DNA of 64,000 bases from Octopus vulgaris (GCA_951406725.2 OX597815.1:36084001-36148000), one strand, 5' to 3'. Counted from the first letter of the stretch, positions 37,123 through 48,959 are shown. The notes: generated by a model from the sequence alone, not told the origin. Translations and numbers: made by a program.

Positions 37123-38455
37123 ATGGCAAACTCAGAGAGAGAAATAGCAGAATCTGAAATCCGTGAGCCAAAACCATCATCAGACCTGGAGTCGGACACG
37201 GACAAAAGGAAACCAGTAGCAAGAAGGATTATAGCGGCACCAAGCTTCGAGGCAGGTGCCGTGAAAGAAACACTGAACTTCGCAGCAGCGGCTGGAGGGA
37301 AAAGACGGAGATATGCCTAGAAAATTTGGACGCTTTAGAGCTGTACATCACAAGGTCCGGATCAGAGACCAAAATGATACAACCCAGGGAGACACAAGAG
37401 GACGTCGAACGGAGAACAGTAATCTTTAAAACATACAATGTCAAAGAGAGAAAAATTGGGTTCTCCACTGAAAACCAAGTAGAGAAGTGCCTCGGTCCTG
37501 TATGGGACAAAATAAAATTTATTTCCAGAGGGAAAAAATTTGCCACGGTCGAAGTGAGGTTCGGCACAGTGGAAGAAGCTAGACTCCACTCAGTGGAACC
37601 TCTGAAGTCGGATGAGATTTTCCTCCTACCTATATATATGGGCAGAAGGACCACAAAAGTTACAATCACAAGGATCCCTCCCGAAATAGAGCCCGAGAGA
37701 CTGGTGGCGGCCGCAACCTCGGGCCTCAGGGAAAAAATAAACATAATCAGCGCGGTGGTGGAAGAAGCAAAATTCTGGGTCGGCCAGAAAGTAACTATCA
37801 CACTGCAGGCCGAACCAGCCACCTTAGATGAGTTCACCGAGGTGATAGATATCAGTGACAACCGCTTGTCAGTCATGGTGGAAGGTCGCCAACCCAGGTG
37901 TTTCCTATGCGGAAAAAAGGGACACATCAGGAAAAACTGCGAGCCGGCAGGAATAGGCAGAACAGCAAAATGCTCAACCTCTGCCGAAACCTCTGCTACT
38001 CCAGCAACAGTAGAACCAACAACGTCAACACCAGAGGAGAAAGAAGGGGAGGGATGGACAGCCGCTGCCTCAAAAAGAAAGCACAGGAATCCATCCCCGG
38101 AAAAAGGAAAAGCCGAAGGAAAAAATGGGACATCAAAAAGGCAAAAAAGCCGGAGAACAACAACAACGCTTTCGTCACGATCCGGACGGTTGACAGTGAG
38201 GTGATGCGACGTGTAGAAACACAGCACCTACAAGAGATAGAGGTGGAAGACCAGCTAAAGAAGGATCTAATAAAGATCTATAAAATAAATCACAAAGCCT
38301 ATAATGTGCTGGCGAACGATTTCAGGAAGGATGTGGGCCCTCTGCAGATGGAGGTCTCGAACCGCCTGTACGAGGGCCTGATCCAGCCGAACCCACGAGA
38401 CCCGGTCGAAGAGGAGGCGGTTACCCCCCGCCCGGACTCAGTAGGAGCAAGGTGA
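37123..38455 (+). pseudogene. Tx1 ORF1 (gag-like, CCHC knuckle CFLCGKKGHIRKNC), apparently split over three frames
   Basis: ORF pieces 37105-37320, 37326-38204 and 37898-38455; CX2CX4HX4C motif. Confidence 0.8.
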
Positions 38456-38462
38456 GTGATTT

Positions 38463-41400
38463 ATGGCTGTTCAAGTAGGCTGTATAAATGTGCGTGGCCT
38501 GATGACGAACTGGAAACAGGGGCGTTTTCTGAATGACATCAGGTCACACAATTTAGATATTGTTGTAGCTACTGAAACTCGGTTAAAAGGGCCAAGAGAT
38601 CTACTCCCGCTCCTAAATGGCTATGAGAGATATATCTCTCCATGTCGGCAGGGGGGCGGAAGTGGGGTGTTGGTCCTACTTAAAAGGAATAGAGTTTCGG
38701 AGAAAAAGGTGATTTTTGTTGACCCAGAGGGCAGACTGGTCGTTCTGGATCTGACATTCAGTTGTGGTAAGGAGATCAAGCTGGTGGCGGTGTACGCACC
38801 CCAAACACAACAGACTGATTTCTTTCGGGGCCTGGAGAAATTTTTAGGGACGTCAAAATCCATAGTGATGCTAGGGGACTTTAACGCTATCGTCGATGCG
38901 CGTGTCGATAGTGGTGGCTCCAAAAACAATAGGACACCTAACAGTGACTTCCGTGATCTGCTGAGTCGCTTCCAGCTAGTAGATCCATACAGACTGGAAT
39001 TCCCAACGCTCCACTGTGGACGTGGTCAAATAGCGACGGGTCTTCCAAATCTTATATAGATAGGATTCTCATTAGAAAACTAGACAAAGACATAGTTAAG
39101 TGTCCACTGTTCCACTTGGTCAGCTACAGCGACCACAAGATGGTCACGAGTAAGCTTTACTTAGATAACGTATGTAGAAGAGGAACCGGTTACTGGAAAC
39201 TCAATAAGTCCCTTCTGGCGATTGAGGAGTACAGAAACCGGATTAGGTTACTAATCCAGAGGGCGTTAACCGGTTCCATTCTCAACAATAAATGGTGGTT
39301 AGCGCTCAAGAGAGCCATAAAATACGAGTCCATCAGATATAGCATAGGACTAGCAACGAAAAGGCGTAAGAAAGAAGAGGGACTAGCTAAAGCTCTAGAA
39401 GAAGCCATAAGGTCTGGCGATGGGATCCTGGTGAAAGCGAAGAGACTGGAATTGAACCAGCACCTCGAAGCCAAACACATGGGTTGTATCGTCAGGGCTA
39501 GAATCCGCGCAATGGGAAGCGAGGGTACTAAGGCCGCTAGATGGGCACGAGTTGTGGAGGCTCAACACGGAAATGATTCCACAGTCAAGTCTGTGACGAA
39601 CGAGAAGGGTGATGTGGTAAGCGAACCAGAGGAGATGTGTCGGACCTTTCAGGAGCACTTCGCCCACCTTTTCGGGGGCGGGGGTGGACCTCACGGGCCT
39701 CCTCGCCGGGTTGCCACGCCTCTCGGAGTGGGGGGCGGAGAGCTGTGAAGGGTCAATCACACTTGAGGAGATTACGGAGGCCATAGCTGACTGTGGCAGA
39801 GGTAAGGCACCGGGACTCGATGGTTTACCCTACGAATTATATAGAAGTATGCCAGACTTGTTCGGGCCAATATTGGCCAGCGTCTTCGCGAACTGGAATC
39901 AGAATGGGAGGATCCCCAGATCTGTACGCCGAGGAGTGGTGACGCTGATCAGGAAAGACCTGGACAAGGCGGACAGAATAGATAATTTTAGGCCCATCAC
40001 CCTGCTAAACGCAGAGGTGAAGATTTTGGCCAAGGTATTGACGAAAAGGTTGACGCGTGTCGCGAAAGATCTGATCGGGGAGGCACAAACCTGTGCAGTC
40101 CCCAAAATAACTATTCAGGACAATCTTCACCTCATACGTTACACCATAGAAGGGTTTGAGAATAACACTGGCAAGGGTGGGGCATTGGTCCACTTAGACC
40201 AGAGTAAAGCATTCGATAGGGTGAACCATCGTTACCTGGAGTCTGTGCTCGCACAGTTCGAGCTGGGTGCCGGCTCCCTCAGGTGGATCACACAGTTATA
40301 CGACAACATCGACTCGATCGTACGGGTGAATGGTCTGCTTTCTAGGCCATTCCACATCAAACAGTCAGTTCGTCAAGGGTGTCCGCTCTCCCCGCTTTTA
40401 TACGTGATGGCCCTCGAGCCATTACTGCGAAAGCTGAGCGTCATCCCGACGAACCTAGGAGGTGGAGGTTCTGTTACTGCGTATGCGGACGATATCACCA
40501 TCATCGTGACCGAGGTGGAACTCCTACAGAATGTAGGAAACACCATCAAGGAGTACGAGGCGGTGACAGGAGCAAAAATCAACCAGGAAAAGTCAGTCGG
40601 CTTGCAACTCGGCACCTGGGTTGGCAAGCCGATGCCTTCGAACAGCATCGTGGGATGCTGGATGGAGGGCCCGGTTAAATTGCTAGGGGTCTGGTTTGGT
40701 CCAGGCCTCCAGATAGAAAAGAACTGGTCCGAGGTCACGAGCAAGGTGGCTCACGCGGTCAGGACTTGGTCTTGGCGGTGGCTATCCTTGAAAGGAAGGG
40801 CGGAGGTGGCCAATGTTTTCATGGCATCGGTCATCATATACTGCCTAACCGTCGTCCCCTGTCCGGATTCGTGGGTGAACAAGTTGAAAAGGCAAATCTT
40901 TCGCTTTTTGTGGAAAGGTTCCACTCCTCTTGTGAGACGTTCTATCTGTTGTCAAAAACCGTTAAAGGGTGGGTTAGGGATGCCTTGGCTGTTGATGCGC
41001 AGACATGCGCTGAGGTTAAGGCATCTTTGGCTCTACCTGGAAGGTGAACGGGTGTGGTCCCCGCTCGCAAAACGGACGTTCCCCAGCTTTGCCAGTTTTG
41101 GTGGTAGAGTTTCGTCACAGACTAAGATCAAGTATGTGGTATTCGGAGTGCCGGAAGGCTCTCGTACGCTTCCGCAACTCGGGCAATGCCGGTGGCTTTG
41201 GTACAACCGCAGCATTCTATAGCAGGTTGGTAGAGGCCGGAAATGACGATACCCTGGGAAGGACCCTGGGTCTCGATGGTAATCAGTTGGACAGCCTGTT
41301 CCAAAGGACATTCAGACCAGGGACGCTGGATAACTTTCAGAAGTCCCTGGCCTGGCAGTGTTACAGAGGAGCCTTACCCGTTCGAGATAAACTCACAAGG

Positions 41401-41826
41401 CTTGGTCACAGTGGACCTTCGGTCTGTCCAAGATGCGGATAGGATGTGGAAACAGTCCTGCACGCCATTGTTAAATGTCCGGAGATTTCGGAAGTGTGGG
41501 TTTATGCCGAACACCTGTTGTCGGACGAGGGAAGAGTACAGCTGTCGTCTGAGTCAATCTTTAAAATTGACCCGCCTGGTTTCATGACGAACGAAGGTAA
41601 GCATTGCTTTCTCGCGACAGTAGCAGTTGCGAAAGAGGTTATATGGAAGACTAGAGTGAAAGGTTTAATGTCAGACACCATGATCTCTGGCACCGCCCTA
41701 ACGAACTTCTTCAGGTTCCATCTGCAGAGGAAGGTGGAGCTAGAGAAATGGTGTCTGTCAGAGTCTGTATTCAAAAAAAGATGGATGCATGTAGCACGGA
41801 TGCTGGGTGTGAAAGGCCCTGCATGA
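38463..41826 (+). pseudogene. Tx1 ORF2 (APE endonuclease + reverse transcriptase + C-terminal Cys/His motif), frameshifted
   Basis: INVRGL, VYAP, GDFN, SDH, GYWKLN, APGLDGLPYE, FRPITLLN, DQSKAFDRV, RQGCPLSPLLY, AYADD and CPRCG*..ETVLH...C motifs; at least three frameshifts and one stop. Confidence 0.92.
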
Positions 41827-42447
41827 ACACGCCATGATCACCTACCAAAAGTTTCAGCTGAAATGACGGGGCTCGTGGGGTCGGCTACCCTGTTCTTTTA
41901 ACTTCATTTGTCTCCTTTTGTTTGTTTGTTCTTATTTGATTTCATTTTCATTATAACTCTATTGTAAACAACCCATCCGATTTCACTGTAAATAATCCAT
42001 CCGATTTCATTGTAAAAAGTTCCATGTTTTGACCCCAAATCATTGTATTGTCCCCATCTGTGTTAATCCTTATGGATAATAAAGAAATAGTTCAAGTCTA
42101 ATTTGTTACATTCACTTTTTCTGTGTTTTTAGTTGGCATATAAAAATTGATGCTCATATGTAACATTATTTTACTCATTATCATCATCATTTAACGTCTG
42201 TTTTCTATGCTAACATGGGTTGGACACATTGACAGGAACTAGCAAGGCCAGGGGCTGGACCAGGTTCCATAGTTTGTTTTGGTTTAGTTTGTGCAGCTGG
42301 ACACCAACCACTCCACAGTGTACTGGGTGCTTTTTTTTGTAATTGATTAATTTCACCAGAGCCAGAATAATTTATTTACTAGTGGAGAATATATTTTCCT
42401 ATTCTATGATTGTAGTAGAATTAAACCATTTTATCTGTTATTTTCTC

Positions 42448-42885
42448 ATCGAAATTGAACCAATCCTATGACTGGCACCCGGCAGATGCCAGGACTCCTG
42501 GACTGGAGATACGTAAAAAGCACTATCCGAATCGTGGCCGATGCCAGCGCCGCCTCGACTGGCTTCCGTGTCGGTGGCACGTAAAAAGCATCCGAATCGT
42601 GGCCGAAGCCAGTGCCGCCTCGACTGGCTTCCGTGCAGGTGGCACGTAAAATGCACCAATCCGACCGTGGCTGATGCCAGCCTCACCTGGCACCAGTGCA
42701 GGTGGCACGTAAAAAGCACCCACTACACTCACGGAGTGGTTGGCGTTAGGAAGGGCATCCAGCTGTAGAAACATTGCCAGATAAGACCGGAGCCTGGTGC
42801 AGTCTTCTGGCTTCCCAGATCCCCGGTCGAACCGTCCAACCCATGCTAGCATGGAGAACGGACGTTAAACGATGATGATGATGAT
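42448..42885 (+). mobile_element. Non-autonomous RTE-tailed element with an internal 65-69-bp tandem repeat
   Basis: Units start at 42526, 42591 and 42660; RTE tail plus (gat)n; near-identical copy at 62918-63364. Confidence 0.85.
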
Positions 42886-43722
42886 TTTGATTGAAATTTA
42901 TACTCTCTTCCACATATAGGGTCAACCTGGTTGTGCGGTTAAGAAGCTTGCTTCCAACACACACGTTTTTGGGTTCAGTGCAACTGAGTGCACCTCAGGC
43001 AAATGTCTTCTACTAAAACCTTGGGCTGACCAAAGACTTGTGAGTGGATTTAATAGATGGAAACTGAAAGAAGCATCTCGTGTGTATGTATATATAAGTG
43101 TGTGCGTGTGCAATGTGTTTGTGTCTCTGTGTCTTGACATCATATGATAGCTGCAAATGAATGTCACCAACATACAAGCAATGTTATTCATTTTCAACAT
43201 TCTGCAAAAAAATGTCTGGCTATTGGGAAATATCTTGCTTGGAAACAGGTGAGAGTTGGCAACAAGAAAGGCATCTGACCATAGAAAATCTGCCTCTAAT
43301 CTATCCAATCCATGCAAACATGGAAAAATGAATGTTAAAATGATAGTGATACTGCTGCTACAACTACTGCTCCTCTGATGATGATGATATTGTTTAACTT
43401 CCTCTTATTCTCTTCAGTTGACTAAGAGAAGTTAAACTGAGCTGACAAGAATCTGCTGTTATTTCATCTAAACTATAAATTTAGATTTCGTTTTTGGATT
43501 TGGTTTGCAAGATTCTTTATATGAGTTTGTGTGTTGAAGCATATTCTGTTGTGTCTGGGGAGAGTCAAAACTATTGAAAAGTTTGCAAGATGCAACAAAA
43601 ATTTTAAGAAAATAAAAATAAGAAATAAGTGGAAATTTTACCGGTGAGTGTGTTACATTATAAGGCACAAAAAGAAAATGACTCTCCCCAGACACAACAG
43701 AATATACAGAATTACTGGAGCA

Positions 43723-43905
43723 TGCCAGGCGAAATGCATAGTGGTATTTCGTCTTTCTTTATGTTCTGAGTTCAGATTCCACCAAGGTCGACTTTGCCTT
43801 TCATACTTTTGGGGTCGATAAATTAAGTACCAGTTGCGTACTAGGGTCGATCTAATCGATAGGCCCCCTCCCCAAAAATTTTGGGCCTTGTGCCTAGAGT
43901 AGAAA
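43723..43905 (+). mobile_element. SINE family B head/core with an alternative 3' tail
   Basis: Same core as 18111-18374 but the tail reads ...ttgggccttgtgcctagagtagaaa; 15-bp TSD agaattactggagca at 43708-43722 and 43906-43920. Confidence 0.85.
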
Positions 43906-44044
43906 AGAATTACTGGAGCACTTGGTTATGTGACTGTCTGAAGACCAAACTTGAGAAGCTGGATTTCACAAGACTCATACTCAGTCAAGAGACAACAGCT
44001 ACAAGCTATCAAATATGTTAAATATACCTATACATATATGTATT

Positions 44045-44548
44045 TGCACCAGATGTAGTGTGCAAGGGCAAAGACTGTGCTGGTGTGGTCATGTATGAAT
44101 GAAGACAGTTGCATCAAGAAATGCCAAGCTCTAATTGTAGGGGAAGTAGACCCAAGAAGACGTGAGATGAAGAGGTAAGAAAGGATCTTCAGACGGGCCT
44201 CACAGAGAGAATAACAGTGGACTAAAACTTCTGGCAGTTTGCTGTGTTTGAGTAAATATGTAGTTGTCCTTGCATAAAGGCATGTCCCCTGCATCTCTCT
44301 TCAGTTAAGTGTTCCTAATCTTGCAGGTTCATGGGTGCCAGTGCCATGTGAAAAGTACCCATACTGGTGCTGCTTAAAAGCATCCAGTACACTCTGTAAA
44401 GTGGTTGGCATAAGGAATTGCATCTAGCCATAGAAACCATACCAAAACAGACATGGAGCCTGGGCAGCTCTTCAGCTGACCAGCTCCTGTCAAACCATCC
44501 AACTCATGCCAGCAAGGAAAACGGCGTTAAAGGATGATGATGCTGATG
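44045..44548 (+). mobile_element. RTE LINE 3' fragment with (GAT)n tail
   Basis: Homologous to the reverse complement of 13690-13950 and 12335-12500. Confidence 0.75.
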
Positions 44549-44960
44549 TCTATACATTCATGTGTACTATACATGTGTGCTTGTGTACATACATACATAG
44601 ACACATGCATGCATGCATGTATACATACATAAATATATACATGCATACATATACATAAACACATATATACAGATACACATATATGCATGCATACATACCA
44701 TCCAACCCATGTCAAACCGTCCAACCCATGCCAGCAAGGAAAACGGCATTAAAGGATGATGATGATGCTGATGTCTATACATTCATGTGTACCATACATG
44801 TGTGCTTGTGTACATACATAGACACACGCATGCATGCATGTATACATACATATATGCATACACATGCACAAACACGCATGCATGCATGTATACATACATA
44901 AGTACATACATGCATGCATATACACATACATAAACACATATATACAGACATGCACATATA
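44493..44960 (+). repeat. Local tandem duplication (about 220-bp period) of RTE tail plus (CATA/CATG)n
   Basis: catgccagcaaggaaaacggc.ttaaaggatgatgat...gtctatacattcatgtgtac occurs at about 44505 and 44727. Confidence 0.85.
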
Positions 44961-45023
44961 TGCATGCATACATACATATACACATACATAGGCACACATA
45001 CACCTACATGTATACATACATAC

Positions 45024-45643
45024 AAAGAAATAAAAACCCACAATAAGGTAAAAGCCATTGCCACTCATTATAATGTACTAGTGAAGACCTCAATAAAATG
45101 TAAGCACAGCAGACCTGATATAATGATTTGGGGTAGAGAAGAGAAATTGTGCACAGCTGTGGAAATTGGCTGCCCAGCAGATGTTAACATAAACCTGAAG
45201 ATCAGTGAAAAAGAGAACACCTATGCTGAACTATTGAAAAATCTACAGTTACTCTATCTAGATTACAAGTTCAGGTTTATACCTGTAATTATTGGGTCTC
45301 TGGGATATGTAGCACACTGCCTAAATATCAATCTTGAGAAATTAGGCTTCTCAAAACCAGAAAGGAGAAAGCTAATTCGAAGACTACAGATCCAATCCAT
45401 CACTGGAACTGTAAAAATCTGTAAAAATTTGCAGAAGTTTATCATTTAAATATATGAGCATGTCTAGATATGCAACTATATGCATGAGTATGCATACATA
45501 AAACACAAATCAGCACATACATACATACAAACAAACAAAAATACTCTGTTGATGTTGAAATTCCAATGAAGGAGCCTTGGATCTAGGTTAGAAACCAGTT
45601 CTTTCTCTGTTGGCAAGAAATCTTGGAATAAACTGAATAATGA
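45024..45643 (+). mobile_element. 3' fragment of a restriction-like-endonuclease non-LTR element (R4/Dong-like) inside a (TACA)n array
   Basis: ORF ending at 45449 has RPDIMIW...VEIGCP...KENTY...PVIIGSLG (PD-(D/E)xK-type REL domain). Confidence 0.8.
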
Positions 45644-46124
45644 CATCCATCCATCCATACATACATACAGTTCTTCACTGGAGAAGAGTCGATGAAGATA
45701 TATTTGAAACTCACATAAACCTTAGTAAATAACTATGGAAAGTAACTAATATGTTCTTTCGAACAACTCGGTCGGTCATTCATTGAAAACGAAATGAGAA
45801 ATGAAAGTCTCTTAGATTTTATGTATGCATTTTAAAAGCATTTACAAATATTTTTGAATTCGATAGAAACAGGAACCCTTCTATTTGTTGTTAGGTTTGA
45901 ATTAGTTTAATCCAGATTCTCAACTGAACATCAAAGAAAAGGAAAAAAAAAAAAAAGATTTCAATAGCTTTGATAGTTACTTCCCTTGTACCACGTTTCA
46001 AAGTTTCTGTGAATGTATCTGCGTAATGTTTAGAAAGTTGTCAAATCTTGAGGATGCTAGTTTAATTTGGGTGTGTCTGAAAGATAGAGATTCAATCGTC
46101 TCAGTCCCGTGTCATAAAATAAAA

Positions 46125-46370
46125 TAATAATAATTAATTCTTTTATTGGCCACAAAGGGCTGACAAATATGATTGGAAAACATAAAGGGACAAAACAGGA
46201 CGAAAGGTTACAAAAGGTTTTGTCCGTTTGTGAAAAAAAAAAAACGAGTAAAAAGCAGTTTAACAATCAAAAATTTTAACAACGAAAAACTCCCAATAGA
46301 GGAGACGCTTCGAAAAACGAAAAGGTCTCACGTGGAAAAACCCATAAAAGCCACGGGAGCCTGGTCAAAA
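46125..46370 (-). mobile_element. 3' UTR fragment of a second Tx1-like LINE
   Basis: Minus strand ...cctgttttgtccc...agccctttgtggccaataaaagaatt resembles the 42040-42089 tail. Confidence 0.55.
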
Positions 46371-47044
46371 GTGGGGTATAATGAAATTATTGTATACAGT
46401 GCTCAGGTGAACCACAACTTGTCAAAAGTGCGTATAAAGTATATGCAGTAATATGCAGTAATGTCTGGAAAGCGAACAGTGTATGAGTAATTTTATTAGG
46501 TGTTCTCACGGATTTTCCCGATGTTACTGTAGTTTTTCCAACCTATTGCTTGTGTTACACAATATCAAACTTTAAAATAATATTTCCAGAAACAAACCTC
46601 TCGTTCTCAATCTATAACCCATCGTTGTTGAGTAGGCTACCTACACTTGGCATTCCAACTCTTGTCTACTTGTCTCTTTCGAACTAACGAAACGTTGACA
46701 CAAGCGTTACTTTTTGAAATAATAAATTTTTTTTAAAATACTTTGAAACCAAAGAAAAGGTTTCCGTCTTGTAAACTTTTGAGTTTAAAAATCTTCGTGA
46801 CAGTCGACTATAACTTAACACTAGTAATGTTTTGTCGCTTCTTAACCGCATGGACTAACTAAAGCCTTGTGAGTGAAACTGGTAAACAGAAACCGAAAGA
46901 ACCCCGTTGAATGTGTGTGTGTGCGCACGCATTTGTGTTTTCCTATCTTGACGTTGCTTGTGTATTGTGTGATAGTTGTAGTAAACGAGCATCAGTCATA
47001 CAAGCGGTATCCTTCATTTCCAGTCTTCTACAAAAACTTGTTTG

Positions 47045-47464
47045 GGATCTTTTCGGTTTGAACGGCAGTTTTTTCTAGCGGTATCATATTAAATTGTCAC
47101 CCATACTTATGACCCTAGTATCGATCTATTGCATTTCAATCTGTTTTAGGGTTAGGGTTAGGGGTGGGGGGAAGGATATCTTTTTTTTCTTCAGAAATGT
47201 AAATAAACCCAATCTGTTTCTTAAACGAGGAACATATTCATACGGCACAAAATGTTTTCACCTCAATAGACGTCATTGATTAGTTGAAATTGCAGAAATT
47301 GAAGAAAAAAAAACCCAACAAATATCTTACAAACTATAGAATTTTCTCAATAAAGCCAAGAGAAAAAGATGTTTTATAAACACATTCTACCAATATACGA
47401 AGTTTAAAATTTTTTAGTTACCTAGAAATTATGTTAAAAACTGCCGTTCAAACCGAAAAGATCC
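47045..47464. mobile_element. MITE with 29-bp TIR GGATCTTTTCGGTTTGAACGGCAGTTTTT, inserted in a SINE
   Basis: Perfect TIRs; flanking direct repeat ttgtttg; internal ttagggttagggttaggg. Confidence 0.88.
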
Positions 47465-47686
47465 ATTGTTTGGCCATATTATGGGGTGTTTGTGTATATG
47501 TGTATATTTGTGTATATACTTCTGTCTTCCTCTCTCTCTCAATCACTCTATTGGCATCTGTCATATATATACATTCTCTTTCTTTCTCTCTCTCATCAGC
47601 AAACGTAGCTGCTGCCAGTCTCCCCCCCCACTCTCTCTCACTCACTCTCTCTCTCCCCCAATCACTTTATTAGCTTCTGTCATATA

Positions 47687-48959
47687 CAGGGTGGCCCAAA
47701 AGCAGGCTTACAGTTATCACGTGGGCACTTTAAATTTCTTTTAAAACATTTTATTATATTTAAATTTCTATCTTACAAACTGAAAACGGAGGTTGACAAA
47801 ATTAACTAAATTAGCATAGAATAATGGTTTCATATTTTTTTATAATTAAGATCTAAACTGTTTGTAGAATGACCGTGCAAAAAGGAGATGGTGACGAATG
47901 AATGACTCCTTTAAACATCACATGGTCGCCTTACAATAAGAGCCAGTATATGGATAAATGAATTCAAGTGCCAGAAAGAATAAGAAAACGACACAACTGT
48001 AGAATGTAAGAGAAAGGTTTTATTTAGATGTTACCATGTGGATAGCAGAGTGCATATCTGTGAGTGCGACATAAGTACGTACATAATAATAATAATAATA
48101 GACAGGCCGTCAAGCATACAATATGTGTGTACAAATAAAGGTGTATGCATCTGAGATAAAATACAGAGCAATAGAAAGAGACTATAATAGGACACTAGAA
48201 GTTCAGACACAATAAAGAAAGATAATACCAATTTGTGGTAGGATACACAATAGTTGGAATTCTGTACAAGAGGTTGAGGTCACAATGCAGAACCGGTTAC
48301 TGCGCGTGTATAGATTTTGGCTTCTATGCTGTGCTGGGTTACTTGGTACAGAAGGTTCTTGCAGGTAGACTTGCTGTTAACCATGGTGAAATATTCACAA
48401 ACAGCATGAAGTTAAACCTGAGCGAGTTGCTGTGTACGTATTGATGTTAGTGGCATCGATAAGTTGAAGGCGACGGTGGTGGAGGTGACGTTAAGATGAA
48501 GGCATTGGTGGTGAAGGTCTGGAATACTGCTAGTGGTGTTGTCATGACGCTGGAACTGGCTGAATGTCATTGGAACATCGTTGTGTTGCTGGGTACTCTG
48601 TGGTCAGTGGTGAGAACCAAAGACAAAATAGGGTGAATCACTGAAGCTTTTAAAGCAAATAGTAGGCTCCAGAGAAAATTTAGAAGACTGTGTCACGGGA
48701 CCTTATCAGAAGGTTGCGATTGGGTGGGTTGCATATTGGCGCGTAAATAAAGCAAGAGACAAACTGCATCAATACCAATCAATTAGAGTAGTGGACACAA
48801 CTGGGCCTAAGCAGCCGAAGGCTTACTGTTATCTGCTACATCCGTATTTATGTTATATATGTCAGAGAGAGAGGATTTCACTAAGGGTCCACTACATGTT
48901 GATATATGAATGCGAAAGGTATAGTTGAATAACAGTAAACCTACTTTTGGGCCACCCTG
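47687..48959. mobile_element. Tc1/mariner-type MITE (about 235 bp) split by the solo LTR
   Basis: TIR CAGGGTGGCCCAAAAG(C/T)AGG(C/T)TTAC, TA target duplication. Confidence 0.85.
47863..48896 (-). mobile_element. Solo LTR (1034 bp), probably Gypsy-type
   Basis: TGTAG...CTACA ends, 4-bp TSD TGTT; minus-strand TATA-like box near 48855 and AATAAA near 48020. Confidence 0.85.

Larger units (their letters stand above)
36923..42089 (+). mobile_element. Full-length Tx1/L1-type non-LTR retrotransposon (5.17 kb), inactivated by frameshifts
   Basis: 10-bp TSD GTTCAAGTCT at 36913-36922 and 42090-42099; ORF1 and ORF2 remnants; 3' end taataaagaaata. Confidence 0.92.

Noticed and set aside
37229-38227. 332-aa minus-strand ORF
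   Set aside because: Antisense shadow of Tx1 ORF1 with no recognisable motifs.
42480-42720. CRISPR-like array (recurrent GGTGGCACGTAAAAAGCA with intervening sequence)
   Set aside because: The intervening segments are homologous to each other, the context is a eukaryotic retroelement tail, and no cas genes are present.
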